A DNA stretch of 43,645 nt from a virus: IMG/VR virus record IMGVR_UViG_3300017971_000113, positions 1-43,645 of that record. One strand, 5' to 3'. Position 1 is the stretch's first letter. Each line of letters opens with the position of its first letter. Below, piece by piece: positions 1 through 7,861 of the stretch. The position numbers and the translations under genes are program-made. Under the pieces are notes generated by a model. The model worked only from the letters and a program-made list of their open reading frames with translations. It was not told where the DNA came from and did not search any database.

Positions 1-123
1 ATAAAAATCGAAACGTCTTCGACTGCGTACACTGCCGCTCAAATGACAGACCAAGGCGCACATGATGTATTTAAAATCACTGACGTTGATGAGTTTTCCG
101 GTGACCCGGATATTGAAGTACAC
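1..123. repeat. Terminal direct repeat, copy 1 (identical to 43523-43645); overlap of a circular or circularly permuted genome
   Basis: Direct comparison shows bases 1-123 equal 43523-43645. The repeat lies inside one continuous ORF. Confidence 0.9.
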
Positions 124-996
124 GCGGATGGAATAGAAAGTGGAATCAATCTGCTTTCACCTTACACAACAAACAATTCTGTACAATGGCCTGCGTTTAC
201 ATGTTATATTTCCGGTGTTCCTGTAAGTGTTTCTGCCGGAAATACAACTGTAACAAGACCTGCTGCTGATGTAGCTAAAGTTTGTTCTATTGTTGTTGAC
301 GGGACGGCCACTGTTGCGGAAGAGGCCGGAACTGACGGAGCAAGCGCAACATTCTCAGAAACAAGGGGCGCTGCTGGCGGCCCGCCGTTTATACAAGTTG
401 CTGATATAGAAATTGGACAAGTTCGGCTTACAAGCTCTGGGGATGCTCTAATCGAGCTATCAGAAATCAAACAAAACCCCGGACAACATGCCGAATTCAC
501 TCATTTCCCGGATATTTTTGAAATCAGTCATGTTGGGAAGGGGGATATTCTTGCTGAAACAGCATCGGAAAAAACAGCTTATGTTAAATTTGCATCGGCA
601 CTTCCTTTGATCCATACAGGTTCGGTCACAAAAGGAGTTTATTGCGATTATGCCGTCCCGACAATGACAGAAATCCCAAGGACACTTGATTATACGCCTT
701 GTGAAAACACCCCAAGTACAAGTTCCACGCAATACTACGGCGGTAGTGACGCATCGTCATCAACAAGTCTCGGAAGTGGAAGTTTTACGGCAAGATTGAA
801 TGATGGTATCAGGGATTTTATTGTTCGAAGAAAAGATAAGCCGACGGTTGTATTTTTCTATCCCGATAGGGATAAGACTCCACATCAGAAGACAATGGCC
901 ACAATCGGATTACAAAGAACATTTCCTGTAGCTGATCAAAATCAGGCGACATGTACGTTAGCGTCGCTTAAAGAAACGGCTGATTTCACATCTTAA
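1..996 (+). CDS. Major tail protein candidate (3' part; the ORF starts at ATG 43499 and wraps across the window junction)
   Basis: Frame 1 is open from base 1, and track ORF 43..996 is only the internal-Met version. The gene follows the neck genes and precedes the G/GT chaperones and tape measure. At about 339 aa it is not sheath sized. Hairpin 1002-1020 follows. Confidence 0.55.
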   Translation: MKIETSSTAYTAAQMTDQGAHDVFKITDVDEFSGDPDIEVHADGIESGINLLSPYTTNNSVQWPAFTCYISGVPVSVSAGNTTVTRPAADVAKVCSIVVDGTATVAEEAGTDGASATFSETRGAAGGPPFIQVADIEIGQVRLTSSGDALIELSEIKQNPGQHAEFTHFPDIFEISHVGKGDILAETASEKTAYVKFASALPLIHTGSVTKGVYCDYAVPTMTEIPRTLDYTPCENTPSTSSTQYYGGSDASSSTSLGSGSFTARLNDGIRDFIVRRKDKPTVVFFYPDRDKTPHQKTMATIGLQRTFPVADQNQATCTLASLKETADFTS

Positions 997-1001
997 AATA
1001 A

Positions 1002-1020
1002 AGGGCGCTTTTAGCGCCCT
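1002..1020 (+). terminator. Stem-loop after the major tail gene (AGGGCGC-ttta-like loop-GCGCCCT)
   Basis: 7-bp GC-rich stem 1002-1008/1014-1020 with a 5-nt loop, 6 nt after the TAA. There is no clear downstream T-run, so it may attenuate or stabilise rather than fully terminate. Confidence 0.45.
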
Positions 1021-1031
1021 GGATAAAAAAG

Positions 1032-1454
1032 ATGATAAATTTTAAAGATGTTTTTGAATTAATAAAAAAACATGAAGGTTTCAGTAAAAAACTTTATAAG
1101 TGTCCCGCTGGAAAATTAACTATAGGATATGGTAGAAATATTGAAGATTGCGGAATTTCTAAAGATGAGGCGGAATATTTTTTAAAAAATGACATATTGA
1201 AATCAATAGATGATTTATATTTCATATTCGGATATGACTTTTTTAATTCGTTAAATGACGAATGGAAAATTGTTTTGATTGATATGATGTATAATCTTGG
1301 AGCCAACGGTTTTAAAAGATTCAAACGAATGATAAAAGCCATAAAGATGAAAGATTTTGAATCTGCTATAAATGAAATGAAAGATTCAAAATGGTATCAT
1401 CAAGTCGGCGATAGATCAAAAAATTTAATATCTATAGTTAAGGATGCGGAATGA
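1032..1454 (+). CDS. Endolysin, T4-type lysozyme (glycoside hydrolase family 24)
   Basis: Aligns by eye along its whole length with T4 lysozyme: KKHEGFSKKLYKCPAGKLTIGYG, ISKDEAEYFLKNDI, LIDMMYNLGANGF, DSKWYHQVGDRSKNLISIV. No TM or signal segment. Confidence 0.9.
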   Translation: MINFKDVFELIKKHEGFSKKLYKCPAGKLTIGYGRNIEDCGISKDEAEYFLKNDILKSIDDLYFIFGYDFFNSLNDEWKIVLIDMMYNLGANGFKRFKRMIKAIKMKDFESAINEMKDSKWYHQVGDRSKNLISIVKDAE

Positions 1455-1948
1455 AAATAAATGAAAGCCGACTTAAATCTCTTGTAAACAGGACTGAAAT
1501 AATAACTGATTTGTCTGATGGATTTTTATCATGCATAAAATTTGATGAAGAAGATGGAATTAAAAGCTTAAAAATAAAAAATTTGTCTTTTGACGAAATA
1601 CAAAAAATGACAGACGAAGTTTCTATTTCCGAGGCGTTAAAGAATAAAAGCCTGGAAGATTTAAAAAGCATTGATAATAAAATCAGTGTTCTGAATGCCG
1701 TCATCTCCATATTTGAAGTATTGAAAGAATCTTATTCTAATCTTTCAGCGGAAACAGTAAGAAGAATAAGCGTATTCAAATATGGAACGTTGGAGCCTGA
1801 AATAAACCATACTTCCGCCGTATTAATATCAAAACATTTTTCTTTAGATTTTAAAAAAATAACTGATCGGATATTAATATTATCTCAAATGGGGGCTATT
1901 CCATTGGGGGAGTTAGAAAAATCTACGAAGGAAGGGGGGGAAGGGTAA
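1451..1948 (+). CDS. Tail assembly chaperone (gpG-like)
   Basis: Sits immediately upstream of the tape measure. Its stop is preceded by a G7 run, with an open -1 frame downstream. ATGA overlap with the lysozyme gene. Confidence 0.6.
   Translation: MKINESRLKSLVNRTEIITDLSDGFLSCIKFDEEDGIKSLKIKNLSFDEIQKMTDEVSISEALKNKSLEDLKSIDNKISVLNAVISIFEVLKESYSNLSAETVRRISVFKYGTLEPEINHTSAVLISKHFSLDFKKITDRILILSQMGAIPLGELEKSTKEGGEG
1934..1940 (+). promoter_or_regulatory. Putative -1 frameshift (slippery) site, run of 7 G
   Basis: GGGGGGG lies 6 nt before TAA 1946-1948. The -1 frame has no stop from 1867 to 2160. Confidence 0.5.
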
Positions 1949-1962
1949 AATCAACTTGCTAT

Positions 1963-2160
1963 TTGCATCAAAATATAGATTTCTCAATGGATGGCAGGAT
2001 TGTGTTTAAGGGCGTGAATAAATCGTTATTTGAGACAATCCCAGATATTTTTCCGTATGGATATACAACGGATTTAGAGCTTGCGATTTGGGCGTATCAC
2101 GCTCAAAAAGTATCCGGGAAAACACATGAAGAAATAGAAAAATTTTACAATGATTATTAA
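1963..2160 (+). CDS. gpT-like extension of the tail chaperone, probably expressed only as a G-T -1 frameshift fusion
   Basis: The ORF is in the -1 frame relative to 1451..1948, has only a TTG start with no RBS, and ends 2 nt before the tape-measure ATG. Confidence 0.5.
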   Translation: MHQNIDFSMDGRIVFKGVNKSLFETIPDIFPYGYTTDLELAIWAYHAQKVSGKTHEEIEKFYNDY

Positions 2161-2162
2161 CC

Positions 2163-5100
2163 ATGGCAGATACCGAAAAAATAATAAAAATAATATTTGA
2201 AGGCGTAAATAACGTTTCCGGCGTTGTCAGTGATATGAGGACCGCATTCGTTGACAATATCCAAAAACCACTTGCCGCCATAAGCGATTCGGTAATAGAT
2301 TTAGATAAAAAGCTCGCGTTATTAGCGGCCGGAGGATTAGCCTATTCTTTTCATGAGGCTGTAAAATTAGAATCCGCCGTAGTTGGGTTAGATAAAGTTT
2401 TATCGGAACAAGAACAAAAATTATTGCCGAATCTTGTAAGCCGCATGGAAGAGTTTGGCGGAGCGTTCGGCCAAACTACCGCCGAGGCGGTTAACTCGGC
2501 CGCTGAATTTAGAAAAGCGAGTTTTGAACTTGAGGCATCAGCACATTTGGCGGAACTTGCGTCAAAACTTGTTATCGGCGCAAGCGAAGCAAATTTCCAA
2601 ATGGGCCGAAGCACTGAAACGCTTATATCAATATTAAAAGGCTTCAGAGTTGCCGAAGAAGATATTGTAAATGAATCGATTCATTTCGCCGATGTTTTTA
2701 ATAAATTTGCTGATGAATATGCTACAACAGTTGGGGAATTGACCAACGGATTAACAATTCTCGCCCCAATATCAGAAAGCCTTGGATTTTCATTCGACGA
2801 GATGGCGGGATTTTTAATTCCTGTTGTTGAAGTTTTTGGTTCAGGTTCGGAATCCGCGAATGGTTTAAAAACATCGCTTTTATCTTTGGCCGATCCTACA
2901 AGCGAGTTGACAAAAACTCTTAGCGCTTATGGGATAGAACTTAAAAAAGCAAACGGCGAGCAAAAAAATGTAAAAGAAATATTGGATGAATTACTCCCGG
3001 TATATAACGGTCTTTCAAAAGCACAACAAGTTCAAATCGCTTCTATGATTGCCGGAAAAGATCAGGCCGCTAAATTTACAGCCTTGCTGAATGGCATGGA
3101 AACAGCTTTAAACGCCACGGCCATAGCCGCAACTGAAGCTGGCGGCTCCCTTGACAAGGAGCTTGCAAGAGGACTCGGGACTGCTGAAGTTCAGATACAA
3201 CGCGCTATTGCGTCATTTAGAGACCTCGCAGCGCAAATAGGGGCACAGTTTAAAGATGCCGGTAAAAACACCATAGAAGGAGCCACAGAAATAAATTTGG
3301 CGTTAAAGAGCCTTGTCCGTGAGGGCGCTTTTGATGACATTTTAAATCTTGTTGAAGATGCCGGAAACGAATTAGGCGATTTATTAAAAGAAATTGCAAA
3401 AAACCTTCCTGATGCTTTCGAGGATGTTGATTTTGGAGGACTTGTAGCGTCACTTGAAGAATTCAAAAGCGTTGTTTTATCAACGTTTGATATCGATATA
3501 TCTACTACGGAGGGATTAGCTGAAGCAATACAATTAGTCGTGAACGCTTTTGAGTCTCTTGTAAACGTTTCAACGGGTATATATGACGCATTCAAGCCCT
3601 ATATTGAAGGTATAATAGAAGCAATTCAAAAATCAGACGAATTATCCGCTCAATCTGAAAGAACGTTCGGAAAGATTGCTGGCATTGCAGGATTAATGGG
3701 AGAAATAGGTGTTGCTTTAGGCGGCGTTGTAACCGCGTTAAACCAAGCCGGGATTTCCATTGAAGGTATTTTTGATATATTGGCAGGATCATCAAAAACA
3801 GTAATAAATTTTATTCAAAGCATTTTTGATGCTTTTTTAAAATCCATTCTCTTAATAGCTGACAAAGTTTTAGGTCTTGCTGAATTGATAGATAAAATCA
3901 ATCCTTTTGAAGGATTAAGTGATAAAATTAAAAATGCAAGGCAATCTTTAGATGAATTATCTGAGGCCAATCTTTACTCGTTTACGCAAAATATAAAAGA
4001 AGCGGCCTCTGGCGCAACGCAAGCATTGGAAGGTTTTGATAAAAAAATTGTTGATACAAGCGATAGAATTAAAAAAGTTCCTGATGAAAAACGAATAAAT
4101 CTTTATTGGAATCAAGATACGTTTGACAAAGCACTTGAAAGCGCTAAAAAAAGTATAAAAGAAGAATTGCCGATAGATTCTACCGCCACATTGGGCGTAA
4201 AAGTTGAAGGGATTGACGATGCAAAAGAATCTGTCATCGAGATAACAGACACCTGGGGATTTTTAAAGAAAACAATATCTGATACAAGCCCGTATGATTC
4301 TCTTGAATTATTTGAAGATAAACTGACCTCAATTGATGGCGAAATAGATTATTTAACAAGTCGAAAAAGACAAATAGAAATAGATTTGTTAACTGGTGAT
4401 GGCGATGAAGGATTATATAAAGAATTATTAGATATTGAAAATAAGATAGAAGCTCTTACAGAAGAAAAGATCCAAGTTCAGATCGATATGGAGCCCGCAA
4501 GAAGAGAAATCGCAGCGGCGACAAACGATTTGAAAACAATGTCGGATATCATTGTAAAAGAAATAGGCGGCGAAACATATATTGAATTTATAGGAGAAGT
4601 AAACAAGGATTCAATAGATAAAATCGAAGAAACGAAAAAAAAGTTATCCGAGGATAAAGAATTTTTATTCAAAATAGAAAGCAAAGAATTAGAAGAAGAC
4701 ACGAAAAGGATAGAAAAACAATTAGATGTTTTTAACGATATCGCAACAACAAAATTAAAATTAGACGCCGAAATAGACGTTGAGAAAATAAAAGCCGAAC
4801 TTAGAAAATTTGATACAATTGTCGAGAACACATCGGATTTAATTCAAGGCTTATCGGATTCAACAAACGATCTATTCGGCCAATTTGAGCAGGATCTTGA
4901 TTTAAGATCATTATGGCTATTGCAAGAGCAGATAAGACAGAATATCAGGATACAAAGAGAAGAATTTGAACTGCAAAAAAAATCAATAGAATTGCAGATA
5001 GAAAAACAAAAATTACAAAACGATTTATTGAGAGATCCTACAAAAAGAGCTATTTCGTGCACAATAGATCAGTCGTTCGGCCCTGCGTTTGAATGGGCGG

Positions 5101-5174
5101 TTAGAGAATTTCTTTCAAAAATACGAATATGGGGCACGGAGTATGATTTTGCTCAGTTAGTCGAGGTCACATAA
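2163..5174 (+). CDS. Tail tape measure protein
   Basis: 1003 aa, Ala/Gly-rich N-terminal helical core (FGQTTAEAVNSAAEFRKASFE...) and a long coiled-coil C-terminal half. Canonical position after the G/GT chaperones. Confidence 0.9.
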   Translation: MADTEKIIKIIFEGVNNVSGVVSDMRTAFVDNIQKPLAAISDSVIDLDKKLALLAAGGLAYSFHEAVKLESAVVGLDKVLSEQEQKLLPNLVSRMEEFGGAFGQTTAEAVNSAAEFRKASFELEASAHLAELASKLVIGASEANFQMGRSTETLISILKGFRVAEEDIVNESIHFADVFNKFADEYATTVGELTNGLTILAPISESLGFSFDEMAGFLIPVVEVFGSGSESANGLKTSLLSLADPTSELTKTLSAYGIELKKANGEQKNVKEILDELLPVYNGLSKAQQVQIASMIAGKDQAAKFTALLNGMETALNATAIAATEAGGSLDKELARGLGTAEVQIQRAIASFRDLAAQIGAQFKDAGKNTIEGATEINLALKSLVREGAFDDILNLVEDAGNELGDLLKEIAKNLPDAFEDVDFGGLVASLEEFKSVVLSTFDIDISTTEGLAEAIQLVVNAFESLVNVSTGIYDAFKPYIEGIIEAIQKSDELSAQSERTFGKIAGIAGLMGEIGVALGGVVTALNQAGISIEGIFDILAGSSKTVINFIQSIFDAFLKSILLIADKVLGLAELIDKINPFEGLSDKIKNARQSLDELSEANLYSFTQNIKEAASGATQALEGFDKKIVDTSDRIKKVPDEKRINLYWNQDTFDKALESAKKSIKEELPIDSTATLGVKVEGIDDAKESVIEITDTWGFLKKTISDTSPYDSLELFEDKLTSIDGEIDYLTSRKRQIEIDLLTGDGDEGLYKELLDIENKIEALTEEKIQVQIDMEPARREIAAATNDLKTMSDIIVKEIGGETYIEFIGEVNKDSIDKIEETKKKLSEDKEFLFKIESKELEEDTKRIEKQLDVFNDIATTKLKLDAEIDVEKIKAELRKFDTIVENTSDLIQGLSDSTNDLFGQFEQDLDLRSLWLLQEQIRQNIRIQREEFELQKKSIELQIEKQKLQNDLLRDPTKRAISCTIDQSFGPAFEWAVREFLSKIRIWGTEYDFAQLVEVT

Positions 5175-5915
5175 ATGCGAATTTCAATTTCAAACGATAC
5201 GGAATTAATACATTTCAAATGTATAATCACGTCTGATATAAGCACAAGAATATTAAGAACGAGCAAAGTAAAGCTTATTTCAGGCGGGGTATATGTACAT
5301 AACGGTGGAATGAATAGAACGGACAATGATTTTGAAATAACCGCACAATTAAATATAAATCAGATTAATTCGATATTAAGCATGGCGGGTTCAGGAGAAG
5401 AAATAACTGTTTTTACTGAAAATGGTGTTTTTCGCGGTTTAATATCATCCGTATCTCCTAATACGTATCCTGTCCCGATAAACATAACGTTAACATCAGA
5501 AATAGTATCGACTGAAGAAATTATATATCCTGATCCCCCAGTTGAAGAATGGGTCAATAAAACATCAGATAGCTTTTGGAATCCCGGGTCATCTCCAACA
5601 TGGAACGGAACTGCATGGAATCCTACAATAACAAGCCCTGAAACATGGTTTGTAACTGGAAGTTGGTATGTGGGTTATAGACCTAAAAAAGTTCGATTTG
5701 GTTGGTCAACTCTTGGATCTGTAGATCAAATAATATTGCGGGATAACAGTTATAATAATCTTGTGAACGTTGTTTCTCCGACAAGTTTACAAGAATTCTC
5801 TCTTGACCCTTGGCCAGGGACAGATGACATAAAAACTCTTTTTATTTTATCGAGCGGCGGGTCATCTCCATTATGGCAGAATTTAATATTAGAGGAAGTA
5901 AGTTTTATTGAATAA
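5175..5915 (+). CDS. Distal tail protein (Dit-like) candidate
   Basis: 246 aa, starts 1 nt after the tape-measure stop. Call is by position only. Confidence 0.4.
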   Translation: MRISISNDTELIHFKCIITSDISTRILRTSKVKLISGGVYVHNGGMNRTDNDFEITAQLNINQINSILSMAGSGEEITVFTENGVFRGLISSVSPNTYPVPINITLTSEIVSTEEIIYPDPPVEEWVNKTSDSFWNPGSSPTWNGTAWNPTITSPETWFVTGSWYVGYRPKKVRFGWSTLGSVDQIILRDNSYNNLVNVVSPTSLQEFSLDPWPGTDDIKTLFILSSGGSSPLWQNLILEEVSFIE

Positions 5916-5931
5916 GGATACCGAGTGATTT

Positions 5932-6264
5932 GTGCGAAATTTAGAAATAATCATATGGATTCAAGAGAAATTGCCATTGATTGTAATAAGCCTGTTCGGC
6001 GTTATCGCTGGAGAGGTAGCACGATCCGATGAGAGTAAAAGAGAATTCAAATTAAAATATGTTTTTATATATATCGCATCAGCGCTTGTCGTAGTTGGCC
6101 TTATCGATGGTAAAAATTTATCGCTCGGCTATCAAGTTGTTGCTGTTGTTTCAGGCGGGTTTATAGGAAAAGAGTTGTTGATATTCTGTTCAAGAATTAT
6201 AAGAAAAAAATTTGGAGTGCCGAAGGAAAAAAAAGATGGAAATGATAGCAAGGATATCGATTAA
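5932..6264 (+). CDS. Small membrane protein, holin-like (3 predicted TM segments, charged C-tail)
   Basis: Hydrophobic stretches LPLIVISLFGVIAG, YVFIYIASALVVVGLI and YQVVAVVSGGFIG, then RKKFGVPKEKKDGNDSKDID. GTG start. Confidence 0.4.
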   Translation: MRNLEIIIWIQEKLPLIVISLFGVIAGEVARSDESKREFKLKYVFIYIASALVVVGLIDGKNLSLGYQVVAVVSGGFIGKELLIFCSRIIRKKFGVPKEKKDGNDSKDID

Positions 6265-6649
6265 TGCAGTCTTGTTATTTGTGTGTTTTGTTCTATTATT
6301 CAAGGCACTCTCCCGATCCATGAAAAAACACAAAATACCCGATAAATGTCAATTTAAAATGATATTTGTTACCAAATGGATGGTCATTTGGTGTTTTATG
6401 TTTCTACTTTTAACATTCGATTGGATAACGCATGGACGTATGTTTATTATGCCTGTTCAATTGGAGCTGTCATGGTCGGCGTTAATGCTGTTAACAATGG
6501 CTATAAATTATGAGACACTTAAAGCCACGGAAGAATGCCCGATACAAAAGCCACTGGGGCAAATACTTGTTGAAAACGGCGTTGTTTCAAACGATGATAT
6601 TGAAAAAGCGCTTAAAATGCAAATTGCAGATAAAAAGTCCATGCATTAA
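6236..6649 (+). CDS. Membrane protein with a C-terminal MshEN/T2SSE_N-like 24-residue motif
   Basis: ATG 6236 with AAGGA 9 nt upstream (the track uses TTG 6212). Three hydrophobic segments. C-terminus PLGQILVENGVVSNDDIEKALKMQ. Confidence 0.5.
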   Translation: MEMIARISINAVLLFVCFVLLFKALSRSMKKHKIPDKCQFKMIFVTKWMVIWCFMFLLLTFDWITHGRMFIMPVQLELSWSALMLLTMAINYETLKATEECPIQKPLGQILVENGVVSNDDIEKALKMQIADKKSMH

Positions 6650-6651
6650 TT

Positions 6652-6840
6652 ATGAATTCAAATCGTATAATTTATAAATGTAGGTATTGTGGAACAGAAT
6701 ATTCTCATCAGTCGTTTAGAGATTGTATTGATAAAAAATGCTATGATCATCCGTTAATTTTAATGCGTCGGTGCAAAATATGCGGTCAAATATATTACAG
6801 CAAAGATTTCGCCGATAATTGTTGTGTTAAAAATGACTAA
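6652..6840 (+). CDS. Small zinc-ribbon protein
   Basis: Two CxxC pairs (CRYCG ... CKICG) plus extra Cys residues; 62 aa. Confidence 0.55.
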   Translation: MNSNRIIYKCRYCGTEYSHQSFRDCIDKKCYDHPLILMRRCKICGQIYYSKDFADNCCVKND

Positions 6841-7861
6841 GATTAATTATATATTTACATTATCTGCTGATGGATATGATACAATTGAACTTGATGTTTC
6901 AAGTTTTTCATATAGAGCTACAAGCGAATCAAAAACAGGATCACTTGTAATAGAGGGGACTGACGATTCTGAATCTATATCTGAAAGAGCGGAAAATGGA
7001 ACGTTAACATTAACAAAGCGTAAAACAGGCGTAGATACTGAAATATTGACGGCAACGATCGATAATATTGATATTGTATATGGAACGACATCAAACACAA
7101 TAAATATGAATTTTACGTTCAATTTTTCTGGTTCGATACTTGGAAGCCCTCTGGTTATTGACAATCTTGTGAGTTATATGGAGTTAAGTGGCGGATCATA
7201 TTCTTTTAGATTGAGCGAAATACAAGACTATATACAGAACGGAATGTCTGTAGAATATGATTCAATTGAACGTTATATTGATGAGATAAATACTCAATAT
7301 AATGCGGATAGTTTTGGATATGTCACATTAAATGAAGGTGATACGGAAACAGAATCAGTCGGAACAACATGCACTTTTGAATTAGAAAATGGTGTTCCGT
7401 ATGAGAGCACTCTTGGATATTATGATTGTTATCAATATATTTGGACTCCTCCATTAATAGCGCCATGTCTTTTTTCAACGATAAAAAATTATGGATTCAC
7501 ATCAATAATAAAATCTCTTGATTTAAGAAGATTCCTTTATATAAAATATTTTAATTTTACGTTAGCCGAAGAATCGAATATTTCAATAAGCGTTTCAAGC
7601 GTCGGTTTTAGCGATATGGTAGATGATTGGTATTCCTGTGATGGCCAAACAGGAAAACTCGGATTTGAAGCTGTTCTTGTTAATGGAGAATATACCGCTT
7701 TTGAAGATTTTAATAATGACGCTTTTTTGAGATTCGGTGTAAATATTGAAAAAAATTTAACATTACCCGCGGGCATATACACGCTTGTTCTTGTAAATAT
7801 TACTTTGGACGATGATCCGGCGGTTTCATTCACAATAGATTATAGCTCCGCTGTAGTGTGA
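6833..7861 (+). CDS. Tail or baseplate structural protein (function unknown)
   Basis: ATG 6833 overlaps the upstream stop (the track uses GTG 6824). Lies in the tail module between the Dit-like gene and the larger tail genes. Confidence 0.4.
   Translation: MTKINYIFTLSADGYDTIELDVSSFSYRATSESKTGSLVIEGTDDSESISERAENGTLTLTKRKTGVDTEILTATIDNIDIVYGTTSNTINMNFTFNFSGSILGSPLVIDNLVSYMELSGGSYSFRLSEIQDYIQNGMSVEYDSIERYIDEINTQYNADSFGYVTLNEGDTETESVGTTCTFELENGVPYESTLGYYDCYQYIWTPPLIAPCLFSTIKNYGFTSIIKSLDLRRFLYIKYFNFTLAEESNISISVSSVGFSDMVDDWYSCDGQTGKLGFEAVLVNGEYTAFEDFNNDAFLRFGVNIEKNLTLPAGIYTLVLVNITLDDDPAVSFTIDYSSAVV

Noticed and set aside
204-732. Minus-strand ORFs 204..500 and 460..732
   Set aside because: They are antisense to the relatively GC-rich major tail gene. 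Long antisense ORFs are expected there, and they have no RBS or functional motif.
1-996. A tail sheath (myovirus) interpretation of the first large structural ORF
   Set aside because: The ORF is about 339 aa and is followed directly by the G/GT chaperones and the tape measure. There is no tube or baseplate-wedge gene set, so the siphovirus major tail protein interpretation fits better.
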